NCBI GenBank assembly: GCA_950097015.1
Contig: CATNEN010000002.1
Span: forward strand, 1,798,001-1,862,000
DNA: 64,000 bases
Origin: Macrostomum hystrix
Lineage: Eukaryota > Animalia > Platyhelminthes
Reading direction: 5' to 3'
The notes under the pieces are model-generated. The model did not search any database and was not told the DNA's origin. It saw nothing but the letters and a program-made list of their open reading frames with translations. The position numbers and the translations under genes were made by a program. Positions 14,201-26,679 of this stretch are shown here, one piece after another. The first letter of the stretch is position 1. Every line of letters begins with the position of its first letter.

Positions 14201-17200
14201 GGTTGTGCCCGACTCGACCATGATCGCTGAGATCACACTATTCGCCGAAGGATTCGGAAATACTAAAGTCCTGGCAAAAAAAGTATGTTAGAGGGTTTAG
14301 ACAAATATTTTAGCGTATATAAAAAACTTCACCTAACCCAGTAGACCCAGCCAGTGGCACAGCTACAGCCGCTAGGAATTGAAGGACGGAAAGTTAAGTT
14401 TCTTATAAAAAGTTTAGGAGGCTGGTTTGCATAAAAAATACATGCTTTTGGGTGCGTCCGAAAGTTGCGTACAGGTAGCTGTTCAGTTCATGGACAATAA
14501 TGAGGGGAAGCCAGTACAGTTACCCAAATTTCTAAGCTATTGTATATCATCATTGCATTTTCTTAATTATAAAAGGATTTTAAATATAAAAGAAAAGCAT
14601 GACTAGGCAATAGATAAAAATCACCGAAAATAGCCGGAAAAATCGAAAATTTAGTTAATTAATATTTAGTTAGTTAATAAATAATATTATATAATATCGA
14701 GATTGGGCCAGCTAATGCGTTTTAAGCCTATTTTTTGCCATAGACGACGACAATAAAATAATTTACTTGAAGGTTATAAAGCGAGAGATTGGCCAATAAC
14801 TTGGCTAAGTTATTGGCTAAGGTCACATAATTAGCTACATTGATTGAATTGTCTATGGTCTGAACACTCAGCCATGGTCATTATTGAAATAACATCAAAT
14901 TTAATTAACCATGCAATTGAGTGAAATACACTGATTCGTTTATCAACTGGGCTAAGCTAGGGATTAAATGAAAATTAAATACCTGAGCAAATTACCACAA
15001 AAACTGTCATCATCAATAAAATGCTTCAACCTCCCCAACAAAGATCTAAAAAGAAGCTCATGAAAATCAATAAACTCCATCATCTGCACAGGTGTTCACC
15101 CTGTACAGCCTGGCAGTGCAGAAACTCTCCAAGCAGGATCACTACGACTTCGGCTTGCGCGCCCTGGTGTCCGTGCTGCGTTACGCTGGCAGGAAAAAGC
15201 GCGCGAACCCGGGCACTCCAGACGAAGAGATCCTGCTGCTATCCATGAACGACATGAACCTGGCCAAGCTGACAGCCATCGACCTGCCATTGTTCAAGGG
15301 CATAGTGTCCGACTTGTTCCCCGGCGTGGACGCTCCCGTGATGGACTACGCCAAGTTCAAGGACAAGGTGGAAGCAATGTGCGATCAGGCTAACCTGGTG
15401 CGCACCAAGTTCACCGTGGAGAAGGTCATCCAGCTGTTTGAGACCAAGAACAGCCGTCACAGCACCATGCTGGTGGGCAAGACGCTGTCCGCCAAGTCCG
15501 TCACCTGGCAGCTGCTGCGAGACACCCTGACCTCGCTGGCCAAGGATGGCGAGCCGGGCTACGTGGCGGCCAAGGAGTACGTCATCAACCCGAAGGCCAT
15601 CTCGCTTGGCGAATTGTACGGCGAGATCGACCTGTCCAGCAATGAGTGGACTGACGGCGTGCTATCCAGCGTTATGCGGTACACCTGCGCAGGTGAGTCA
15701 GCTCAGAAAAAGTCAATCATTGTCAATCATTGAAACTGCTTGCACTAATAAAAAATGTCTCGAGACAATTTTTTCGTCATATTAATGAAATTTCCATGGC
15801 TTCTAGCCGACTAACTCAATGTTCATGTCCACAATTTTTTAATACCTTCAAGGCTTTAAAGAAGGTAAGTATTAGCTTATTTTATCGTTTCAATTGCAGC
15901 TTGCTTATTGCTAGCATGGGAATCACGCTGCATCTACCTTTCTAAAGTGAATTTTCTACTATCGATACTGCCTAATACAAGTTTGGCATTTTTAAGGCAT
16001 AGTAATTTGCATGTACAATTAGTGAATTAATATTTTATCTTGAAGCACTTTTTAGTCTCGCACATCAGTAGCATCTACAACAATGTCTTCTTATTTATAT
16101 ATAAATAGTAAAAAACTATTTTCACAAACATGCGAATCAGGTAACAAAATAGTCCTAATAAAGTACATGGATTGCAGCGACAGTAACTTAGATGCACGAA
16201 AAAAACTATGGAAACCAACGATTCTTAAGTTTCTCATATTTAACTGTCTTAGAATTACATTTTTCTCTAATTTTCACTTATTTAGCTACGGACTACTGCC
16301 ATATACTACTGCGTGCAGTAGATGACGCAGAAAATAGAACATCGTTACTAGATGGAGATCTAAATCTAAACAGTATTACTCAAACTGTAACAATGATGTA
16401 ATCTAACGAGCTTCCCAAACGGCCTCTGAAACTGTTTAGACGAGAAAAACGACCAGAAGTGGATTCTGTTTGACGGGCCAGTCGACGCGCTGTGGATCGA
16501 GTCCATGAACAGCGTTATGGACGACAACAAAATTCTGACACTGATCAACGGAGAGCGCATCTCAATGCCGGACCAGGTTAGTAGTTTTACAAGGCGCATC
16601 TTTTGAACACCTGTTGAGACCTGTTTTACCTTGCTACATTTGATGTCATTGCCTCCTCGCTCGATATTTGGGGATAGATAATATACTATATTCAAATTAT
16701 TTTATAGGTGTCGCTGCTCTTCGAGGTGGAAGACCTGGCTGTCGCCAGCCCAGCCACCGTGTCCCGCTGCGGCATGGTCTACAACGACTTCAACGACCTT
16801 GGCTGGCAGCCGTTCGTCGAGTCCTGGCTGCGCAAGAAGAAGGACAAACTGCTGGTGGAGGAGCTGAAGCGACTATTTGACAAGTACATTCACAAGATGC
16901 AGGAGCTAGTGCGCACCAGCTGCAAGGAGCTGATCCCCATCTCACCGATGAACGGCGTCATCAGCTTGACGCGACTGCTGGACGTTCTCGCCACGCCGGA
17001 GAACGGCCTGGACTCGAATGACACGGAGAACTTCGGCCGCATGGCGGAGCTGTGGTTCCAGTTCTGCATGATCTGGTCCGTGTGCGCTGCCGTGGATGAA
17101 GACGGTCGGAAGCGGATCGATACTTACTTGCGCGAGGCTGACGCTAGCTTCCCCAACAAGGACACCGTCTATGAGTACTACGTTGACGTGAAGAACAAAT

Positions 17201-20200
17201 CTTGGGTGCACTGGGAGGAGCAGCTGCGAGGAGGCTGGAAGTACAACCCCAACCTGCCTTTCTACAAGCTGGTTGTGCCCACTGTTGACACGGTCAGGTA
17301 CTCCTTCCTGACTCAGAAGCTGGTTGAGCAGAAGTACCCTGTCATGCTCGTTGGACCGGTGGGCACAGGCAAGACTTCGGTCGCCACTGGAGTGGTTGAA
17401 AAGCTTGACACGGCCAAGTGGTCCCTGCTCACCATCAACATGTCCGCCCAGACGTCAAGCAACAACGTCCAGGAGATCATCGAGGGTCGCGTTGAGAAGC
17501 GCACGAAGGGCACCTTCGTCCCGGTGGGCGGCAAAAGTCTTCTCACCTTCATGGACGACTTCAACATGCCGGCCAAAGACACCTACGGATCGCAGCCTCC
17601 GCTGGAACTGATCAAACAGTGGATCGATTACGGCATGTGGTACGACAGGAAACGACAGACGGTGAAGTACGTACAGGGCATGTTCCTGCTGGCGGCCATG
17701 GGACCACCCGGCGGTGGTCGTACAGTCATCTCGCGCCGTCTGCAGAGCAAGTTCAACCTGGTGAACATGACCTTCCCGAGCGAGAGCAACCTGAAGCGCA
17801 TCTTTGGCAGCATGATCAGTCAGAAGCTGCAGGACTTCGAGGAGGAGATCAAGCCGATCGGAGACGTCGTCACACAGGCGACGATCGACCTCTACTACGC
17901 AGTGTGCCAGAAGTTCCTGCCGACCCCACTGAAGATTCACTACCTGTTCAATCTGCGCGACATCTCCAAGGTGTTCCAGGGCATGCTGCGGGCAAACAAG
18001 AGCTTCCACGACACCCGGTCGGCCATTACTCGCCTGTGGATTCACGAGTGCTTCAGAGTGTTCGCCGATCGTTTGGTTGACGACAGCGACAAACAGGCCT
18101 TTGTGGACATCCTGACAGAGAAGCTGGGCCTGCTATTTGACCAGACCTTCCACAACATCTGCCCTAACAAGCAGCCGCCCATTTTCGGCGACTACCTCAA
18201 CGTTGATCTGGTGTACGAGGATATCACGGATGTAGACAAGCTAAAGAAGCACATGGGTGAGATGCTGAAGGAGTACAATGAGACGCCTGGGATTGTCTCC
18301 ATGGATCTGGTGCTCTTTAGGGATGCCATTGAGCACAGTAAGTTCAATTTTGATTCCATCGTCAGTTCGTCTTACGTTTAAGACTAAAACGCAAAAACTG
18401 ATTTGAACTCACCTCCAACATCCGCTATTTTCTCTTCAGTCTCCAAGATCATTCGCTACATTCGCCAGCCCAGAGGCAACATGCTGCTCATTGGCATCGG
18501 CGGCAGCGGACGCCAGAGCCTCGCTAGGCTGGCCGCTTTCATCTGCGAATACAAGACCTTCCAGATCGAGGTGACCAAGCACTACAGAAAGCAGGAGTTC
18601 CGCGACGGTGAGTTCTAGACTGCAGGTGACCTCAGTAATTCGCCAATCTGTCCAGACAAATCTTGAAATTGGTCCCCGACCACAACACCGATCCGCAGAC
18701 ATCAAGAGCCTCTACCGCCAGTCGGGCGTGGACAACAAACCCACCGCCTTCCTGTTCAGCGACACCCAGGTGGTTGAGGAGAGCTTCCTAGAGGACATCA
18801 ACAACATGCTCAGCTCCGGCGAGGTGCCAAACCTGTTCAAACCGGACGAGATCGAGGAGATGCGCGGCGCCCTGGCGCCGGAGGCCAAAAAGGAGGGCAT
18901 CGACGACACGCCGGCGAATATGTTCAACTTCCTGATCGAGCGGGCCAGAGCCAACCTGCACGTGATCCTGTGCATGAGCCCGGTTGGCGAGACCTTCCGC
19001 AACCGGATCCGAATGTACCCGGCGTTTGTCAACTGCACCACAATCGACTGGTTCTCCGAGTGGCCGCCAGATGCGCTGCTGGAGGTGGCGGATCGATACT
19101 TGGCCGATCTGCAGTTTGGCGACGGCGAGGATGTGAGCCTTAAGATATTTTATGGGGCTGGTAGCTATACTGAAAATTGGTAAAATCTGAATAAAATATT
19201 GTAACTGAAATTCCAGCAGTAGGAATCGTAGCTAGAATCGCAGCAGTAGGAATCGTAGCTAGAATCGCAGCAGTAGGAATCGTAGCTAGAATCGCAGCAG
19301 TAGGAATCGCAGCTAGAATCGCACTAGCAGGAATCGTAGCTAGAATCGAAGCAGTTAGAATCGAAGCAAAAATGACAACAGCAGTAGTTTTATATTTCTA
19401 AAGCGAAACATTTTTGTTTATTCTTTTATCACATTCCAGGAAATCAAACGATTCGTAGGTTACCTGTGTTTTGCATTGTGGTATATTATCAGCCAAGAAT
19501 ATCTGTTATTAAGAATGATTTCGCGCTTCACTCATCTAATCAGAGTTGTTAGATATCTTAAACAATAACAATATAGCAATGAACAATAACTCCTAATGGT
19601 TGTGAAATGATTGAAAAACTGATTCTCCACCAGTGCGCGTGCTTGACAGCCGGTCTGTCTAAACTTTGCCGGCCGCAAAAGTGCTATTTTTTTAAAACAA
19701 TGCCAGAGTTTTTTGCTCACCGTCGCTTTTTCAGTTCAATCAAAATCGTTCACAAACAGATTTTCCAGATCTGTTTGTGAACGATTTTCAACTAGTCACA
19801 GATATTTAAAATCACCAGTTTTTGCTAATTCTATAAGTTACATAAAACACACATTCGATTTCATTCTAACAAAATTGTAACTTTTTTGGATAATTTTTAA
19901 GTATTCAAAAATTGTTTTCGTAAAAAGAAACGCTTGCTATATGATATAAGTAGTATCGTTTGACTGATTACTTGCACCTGTAAAAATGATTTCAGGAGAA
20001 CATCAAGCCAGCCCTGTCCAGAACTTTCACCTTCATGCAGAAGTCTGTCTCAGACTACTCAAGAAGGATGCTGCTGGAAATGAAACGATATAACTATGTC
20101 ACACCTACTAACTACCTGGAGCTCGTCTCCGGATACAAGAAGTGAGTCTATTTTTGTGGTCGGACTCTTGACACTTGAAGGTCGGGGGTTCGATTCCCTG

Positions 20201-23200
20201 CTCTAACGAAACCATTTGTGTCCTTTAGAAAGACACATAACTCTGCATTGCTTCACTTCAACCAGCTGTTAAATGGGCCCAAGCATTAGCCTGAGTAATC
20301 GCCAGAGCGATCTAACGTGTTTGCCTCTCGCGCCAAGGTCCCTGAGCTCGATTCCGCGGCGAGGCCACATTTATTTGGGGCGCAGCCGCGGAAAGAATGC
20401 TTGGGGGGCTTGTCGTGCAATTTACGACCTTGAGGGCCAACCTTCAAGGCAGCAAACTGGGTGGAATTGCCTCCTCACTGGCAGCGGGTCTAGTGTCACC
20501 GAATGATGTGCCATTGCCTGCAGCCCTCAGACAATTATTATTCCCACAGGCTGCTTGCCGAGAAGCGTCGGGAGCTGTTTAGCTCGTCGCAGAAGCTCAA
20601 GAACGGTCTCAGTAAGATCGACGAGACGCGCGAGAAAGTGGAAGTGATGTCCGAGGAGCTGGAGAAGGACAAGAAGAAGGTGGCCGAGTTCCAGCGCCAG
20701 TGCGAGGAGTTCCTCGTCATCATCGTGCAGCAGAAGCGCGAGGCCGACGACCAGCAGAAGCAGGTGACGCAGACGAAGGAGCGAATCTCCGTGGACGAGG
20801 CCAAGTGCTTGAACATGAAGGAGCTGGCTGAGGCAGACCTGCAGGAAGCCATGCCCGCACTGGAGGCTGCCGTGAAAGCCCTTGAAGCCCTAAACAAGAA
20901 CGACATCACGGAAATCAAGTCGTACGGCAAGCCACCCTACTTGGTCCAGAAGGTGATGGAGGCCGTGATGATTCTGCGCGGCGCCGACACCAGCTGGGAG
21001 ACCGCCAAGCGACACCTGGGCGAGAATAATTTCATCGGGCAGCTGGTCGAGTTCAAGAAAGACAACATCTCCGACCGGGTGCTGAAGAAGATCGGGCAGT
21101 ACTGCGCCCAGGACGACTTCCAGCCAGAGGTGGTCGGCAAAGTGTCCTCTGCCGCCAAGAGCCTCTGCATGTGGGTGCGCGCCATGGAGGTCTACGGCCG
21201 CATCTACCGCGTGGTTGAGCCGAAGCGGCAGAGGCTGCAGCAGGCCGAGGCGGTGCTGCAGGAGAAGCAAGCTCAGCTGCGCGAGGCCGAGGAGAAGCTG
21301 GCCGCAGTCGAGGCGAAGATGAAGGAGCTGCAGGACCAGTACAATCTCAAGATGGAGGAGAAGGAGAACCTGCGCAGAAAAGCGGAGCACACCGAGAAGA
21401 TGCTGGACCGAGCCAACCAACTCGTGGACGGCCTCGCTGGAGAGAAGGTGCGCTGGGAGCAGTCGGTGGAGACGATGGAGAAGCAGATGGAGCTACTGCC
21501 AGGTGACTGCCTGGTGGCCTCAGCCTGTCTGTCCTACCTGGGCCCGTTCCTTAGCAACTACCGCGACGAGATGAGTCTGAAGTGGATCGAGTTCGTCAAG
21601 TCCCAGTCGATTCCGTACTCGCCAGATTTTCGCTTCACCGAGTTCCTGTCGAATCCGACACAGATTCGCGACTGGAGCATCTGGGGCCTGCCGTCGGACA
21701 GTTTCTCAGTGGAGAACGGCGTCATTGTCACCAGAGGCTCGCGTTGGCCCCTCATGATTGACCCGCAGGTTTGTTAAACACAATTGATTTATATTTTAGG
21801 GGGTCAGTGGCAGAGCGGTTTGCCTCTAGCGCCAAGGCTTAAGGGCTTGTCGTGCAATTTACGACCTTGAGGGCCAACCTTCAAGGCACAGTGAAGTTTA
21901 CTGTGCCTGACAATGAGAAAGTCAGGGCAGATGTACACACTCTGTGTGAGCGTGTGCCTGCGTATGGCATCTGAGTGCGTGTGTGCTCAGGAGTCATGGA
22001 TGAATGAATAGAATGGATTGCTATTCTGGCTCTGGCTATTTTCGTTTTTGACTCTTTTGCATCCGGTTCCCCCCGTGCCTTTTCATTGGTTGATGATTGC
22101 CATAGACAATTTTCGGCCTTCGCCCCTTTCTTTCGATGCACAAGCGCACAAAATCAGTCGATTTGTCTAGTTTAAATTCTCAGATGCTTTCGCTCGTGCT
22201 TTGAAATAAAGGGGAAAGACCTACAAGCACGATTTGAGAGTCGATTCGTCTACAATAAAATCAGTTCTTTGTGCTTGTGCATCGAAGGAAAGGGGCGAAG
22301 GCCTAAAATTGTCTATGGCAATCATCAACCAATGAAAAGGCACGGGGGGAACCGGATGCAAAAGAGTCAAAAACGAAAATAGCCAGAGCCAGAATAGCAA
22401 TCCATTCTATTCATTCATCCATGTCAGGAGTCAGCAAACTGGGTGGAATTGCCTCCTCACTGGCTGCGGGTCTAGTGTCACCGAATGATGTGCCATTGCC
22501 TGCAGCCCACCTGCAATTAATATAACTATGGAACTATTTTTGTTGGTGGTACATATTTAGGTAGGAGACATATCTAAGAATCAGAGACACACCTAAGGAT
22601 CGGAGTTTCCTGCATCAGGATCAGAAAACAATAACACAATGCAAAACCTAAGCCTCATAAAAGATGATTTTTACAACTTCAACTTTCAGGGCCAAGCGCA
22701 AAAGTGGATCAAGAACATGGAGGGCAAGGAGTTGATGATTATGGACTTGCAGCAGGCTGACTACATTCGCAAACTCGAGGTGGCCCTGCAGTACGGCAAG
22801 CCGGTGCTGCTGCAGAACGTGGCCGAGAAGCTGGACCCGAGCCTGGATCCTGTGCTGAACAAGTCCATTGTGAAGCTCGGCGGAGCTTGGATAATCAAGC
22901 TCGGGGACAAGGAGATCGAATACAATTTCGACTTCCGCTTCTACATCACGACCAAGATTCCGAACCCGCACTATCCGCCTGAAATCTCCACCAAGACAGC
23001 CATCACCAACTTCGCCATCAAGGAGGACGGTCTGGAGGCTCAGCTGCTCGGCATCGTCGTCGAGAAGGAGCGCGAGGAGCTCGAGAAGGAGAAGGACAGC
23101 CTCGTGATGAAGATCGCCGCCGGCAAGAAGAAGATCAAGGAGCTCGAAGACGAGATCTTGCGTCTGCTGAACGAGGCACAGGGCTCATTGTTGGACGACG

Positions 23201-26200
23201 AGCAGCTGGTCAACACGCTGCAGAAGTCCAAGTCAACCTCCGCGGAAGTCACTGAGCAGCTGGCGGTGTCCGAGAAAACAGAAGCTCAAATCGATGCGGC
23301 TCGCGAGGGCTACCGACCCTGCGCACAGCGCGCCTCCATCCTGTTCTTCGTGATGAACGATATGGGCAAGATCGACCCGATGTACCAGTTCTCGCTTGAC
23401 GCCTACATCGACCTCTTCAAACTGAGCATCGATCGCAGCCAGCGCAGTCCCCGCCTGGAGGAGCGAATCATCAACCTGAACGATCATCACACGTACGCGG
23501 TGTATCGCTACACCTGCAGAGGCCTCTTCGAGAAGCACAAGCTGCTGTTCTCGTTCCAAATGACGGCCAAGATTCTGGAGGCCTCTGGCAAGCTCAACAT
23601 GGACGAGTACGACTTCTTCCTGCGCGGCGGTATAGTACTCGACCGCGAGAACCAGATGGACAACCCGGTGCCCAACTGGCTGTCCGAGACTGGCTGGGAC
23701 AACATCTCCGAGCTGGACAAGCTGGCCAACTTCCACGGCATCATCACCAGCTTCGAGCAGTACCCTCGCGACTGGCACATCTGGTACACCTCATCAGAGC
23801 CGGAAAACGCTGCACTGCCGGGCGAGTGGGACAACGCCACGAACGAGTTCCAACGCATGCTCATCGTCAGATCCCTGCGCGAGGATCGCGTGTCGTTCTG
23901 CTCAACCAGCTTCATTGTTAACAACCTAGGATCAAAGTTTGTCGAGCCGCCAGTGCTAGACACCAAGCAGGTTGTGGAGGAGAGCAACTGCAAGACGCCC
24001 CTTATCTTTGTGCTCAGCCCTGGTGTTGACCCTACAAACGGACTCATGCAGCTGGCTGAGACCTTCAAGATGTCGCGCAAGTTCCAGGCGCTGTCACTCG
24101 GTCAGGGCCAGTCGCCGACGGCCACGAAGCTGATCAAGGAGGGCGTCACTCAGGGCCACTGGGTGTTCCTGGCCAACTGTCATCTGTCCATGTCCTGGAT
24201 GCCGCAGCTTGACAAGCTGGTTGAACAGCTGCACTACCACGAGGTGCATCAGGACTTCAGGCTGTGGCTCAGCAGCTCGCCGCATCCGAACTTCCCCATC
24301 GCCATACTGCAGGCCGGCATCAAGATGACCACGGAGCCACCGAAGGGACTCAAAGCGAACATGAAGCGACTGTACCACATCATCAAGGAGGAGGACTTTG
24401 CCTCGTGCAGCAAGCCGGACAGATTCAAAAAGCTGGTCTTCTCGTTGTGCTTCTTCCATTCCATCCTAATCGAAAGGCGAAAGTTCCGCATGCTCGGCTG
24501 GAACATCCTGTACGAGTTCAACGACTCGGACTTCGAGGTGTCGCTGAAGATCTTATCGAATTATCTGGACCAGTACGATGAGACACCGTGGGACGCGCTC
24601 AAATTCCTCATTGCCGAGATCAACTACGGAGGTCACGTGACAGACGACTGGGATCGGCGTCTGCTGAACACCTACATCACCAGCTACTTCAACGAAGACG
24701 TCATCACGACACCGTTCTACAAGTTCTCCATTCTGCCTCACTACTATGTGCCCAGGGACGGCTCCCTGGCTTCCTACCGCGAGTACGTCAGCATGCTGCC
24801 AAACATCGACCATCCAGAATCGTTCGGCCAGCACCCCAACGCCGACATCAGCTCGCAGATCCAGGAGACGCGCCTGTTCTTCGGCACTCTGCTGTCCCTG
24901 GTCCCCCAGGTAACGTCTGGCGGTGCGGGCGAGTCGCGCGAAGAGAAAGTGCTGGAACTCTCCAGGAACATCTACAAGCAGCTACCGGAGAACATCGACT
25001 ATGAAGCCACAGCCAAGCTGATGCAGCAGGACCCGAATCCGCTCAATGTGGTCCTACTGCAGGAGATCGAGCGCTACAATGCCCTGCTGAACCTGATCAG
25101 GAGCAACCTGACGGCTCTGGACAAGGGCATCCAGGGCCTGGTGGTGATGAGCTCAGATTTGGAGCAGATCTTCCAGGTGAGATTTTCGCTTCATTTTCAT
25201 TTCATCCTCTGTTATATTTCCATTGTGACGACCCGAAGCTATATTTGATTCCGACCAACATTCGCAGGCGGGGGGTCAGTGGCAGAGCGGCTAACGCGTT
25301 TGCCTCTCGCACCAATGTCCCTGAGCTCGATTCCGCTTCGAGGCCACATTTATTTGGGGCGCAGCCGCGGAGAGAAGGCTTGGGGGCTTGTCTTGCAAAT
25401 TCAACCCTTCTAACCTTCAAGGTTGGCCAAGGAGGATAGATTGCGAAGCATTCTGGTTGGATAAGGCATGACGTCTTTAATGTCGAAATCAAATTTCATT
25501 TGACGCCGTCCCAGAAGAGCAAGTTGGCCATCTGTCGCCTGTCCCGGTCGAACTGCTTTGGCACCTGCTCTACCACTTGCAAATTTTCTTGCTCCAGCAT
25601 GGGCTACACAATGAATCGGGAATACATTATGAGATGGAGTTTACTTTGACTCATTAATTTTTAGAAGATCACCCCTGTCTACCTGTTAGATAAGGATACC
25701 TGTTAGATAAGGAAGCTACCTGTTCGTTAAGGTAGGTACCTATTAGATAAGGAAGCTACCTGTTAGATAAGGAAGACACATGAAAGACAACAGCTTACCT
25801 CAAAGTCCCATAGAGATGAAGCATACAAGGTCTGTGTTCTCCTACAAGGACACCTACAAGGCACAGTGGCAGTGTGCACTGCCTGTCAATCAGAAATTCA
25901 GGGCAGATGTACACACTTCAGGTGCTCAGGAATGTTGCCTCCTCGCTAGTGTCACCATGTGTCATTGCACGCAGCCCTCCTGCAAAAAATAATATTGAAC
26001 ATTCGCAGGCAATCTACGACACCAGAGTGCCGTCGCTATGGGAACGCACCTATCCGTCGATGAAGCCGTTGGCGTCGTGGACTCGCGACCTGCTCAAGCG
26101 AGTCGAGCAGATTCAGGACTGGGCCACCACCACGCATCCGCCGAAGATCTACTGGATCTCCGGCTTCAGCCTACCCACCGGCTTCCTGACCGCCGTGCAG

Positions 26201-26679
26201 CAGAAGTCGGCCAGGCAGAACAACGTCAGCGTGGACTCGCTCAGCTGGGAGTTCACGGTGCAGACAATCGACGACACCAGCATTGCCGAGGGAGCCAAGG
26301 ACGGCGTCTACGTGAAGGGCCTGTACCTGGAGGGCGCCGGCTGGGACAAGAAGCAGTGCTGCCTGGTTGAAGCCAACCCGATGCAGCTGGAGTGCGAGAT
26401 GCCGACCATCCTATTCAAGCCGGTGGAGAACAAGAAGAAGACAGCGAAGAGTGAGTTTTTAATTTGTTTGGCTTATTTTCGATTATCCGCAATGGCTGAC
26501 TAAATTTTTCCTGGAAACCCGCAGACGTGTACATAGCGCCTTGCTACTACTTCCCCAATCGGGCGGGCATCAGCGGCCGGGCCTCATTCGTTGTGGGCGT
26601 CGATTTGAAGAGCGGCGAAAAGCCGCCAGACCACTGGGTGAAGCGCGGCACGGCGCTGCTGATGAGCCTCAGCTTCTAG
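5273..26679 (+). CDS. DNAH2: Axonemal dynein heavy chain, DNAH2-like (inner arm I1/f beta), 18 exons, ~4562 aa
   Basis: Exons 5273-6724, 6818-7588, 8412-10026, 10111-10343, 11454-11738, 11826-12584, 13032-13882, 13979-14282, 15092-15692, 16440-16576, 16708-18337, 18440-18607, 18699-19132, 19996-20141, 20550-21768, 22690-25176, 26009-26450, 26525-26679; all GT-AG, phases consistent, sum 13689 nt ending TAG. P-loops GPAGTGKT (AAA1), GPVGTGKT (AAA3), GIGGSGRQS (AAA4); CFDEFNR; C-term [10 protein letters not shown]. Linker [13 protein letters not shown]...[28 protein letters not shown] matches my recollection of DNAH2. Confidence 0.93.
10742..11173 (+). CDS. ORF of unknown function (143 aa, Ser/Thr/Pro/Glu-rich) nested in dynein intron 4
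   Basis: ATG-initiated, GC-rich, exon-like composition inside intron 10344-11453; not needed for the dynein reading frame. Confidence 0.4.
   Translation: MLTTVLENPEPLNSAPVSQSQSRRTSINSMDSIVSFEGERVVIKNYDHVPSPFMVPITAVMRDIKALNDLPTGITPEPELAALGTETERSSDFAATSVVNPEFESMVSTLNTEPMPDPASIQHVRCGSSERSQFLFVTFKVSN
19216..19365. repeat. 27-bp minisatellite (gcagtaggaatcgtagctagaatcgca), ~5 copies, dynein intron 13
   Basis: gcagtagg at 19216 and 19243. Confidence 0.9.
20160..20280 (+). mobile_element. SINE fragment: B-box (ggttcgattccc) followed by a CORE-like domain
   Basis: tgtgtcctttagaaagacacataactctgcattgcttcacttcaaccagctgttaaatggg resembles the CORE-SINE central domain (MIR-type tgtgaccttgggcaagt...ctgtaaaatggg) as recalled; not checked by search. 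Confidence 0.55.
20300..20530 (+). mobile_element. tRNA-derived SINE, copy 1 (internally deleted), dynein intron 14
   Basis: Shares gtttgcctctcgc...cctgagctcgattcc...gggcttgtcgtgcaatttacgaccttgagggccaaccttcaagg with the other four copies and the 3' block gcaaactgggtggaattgcc...gcctgcagccc with 22432-22508. Confidence 0.85.
21798..22515 (+). mobile_element. tRNA-derived SINE, copy 2, interrupted by a hAT-type MITE, dynein intron 15
   Basis: Head ggggtcagtggcagagcgg; body and 3' block match other copies; contiguous once 21995-22431 is removed. Confidence 0.85.
21995..22423. mobile_element. hAT-type MITE, 429 bp, ~150-bp near-perfect terminal inverted repeats, 8-bp TSD TCAGGAGT
   Basis: Starts catggatgaatgaatagaatgg, ends ccattctattcattcatccatg; tcaggagt at 21987-21994 and 22424-22431. 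Confidence 0.92.
25270..25997 (+). mobile_element. tRNA-derived SINE, copy 3, with A-rich tail, 13-bp TSD and an internal ~440-bp insertion, dynein intron 16
   Basis: A-box tggcagagcgg, B-box-like gctcgattcc; TSD aacattcgcaggc at 25257-25269 and 25998-26010; tail gcaaaaaataat. Confidence 0.88.
25437..25836. repeat. Dispersed repeat, short copy (few 20-bp units), inserted in SINE copy 3
   Basis: cgaagcattctggttggataa...gcatacaagg.ctgtgt is shared with 27502-28380. Confidence 0.85.

Noticed and set aside
5233-25004. Dozens of minus-strand and alternative-frame ORFs over the dynein exons (e.g. 17455-18045, 20890-21420, 23508-24080)
   Set aside because: Shadow ORFs of GC3-rich coding sequence; no splice signals or recognisable domains of their own.
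25270-25345. Possible tRNA genes at SINE heads (also 21798, 29770-29832, 47065-47127)
   Set aside because: A/B-box-like motifs are present but run into a shared non-tRNA body with TSD and A-rich tail; no complete cloverleaf.
25418-25862. 8-bp TSD (cttcaagg/ctacaagg) for the insert in SINE copy 3
   Set aside because: One mismatch, no TIRs, and homology with the second copy does not reach these ends.
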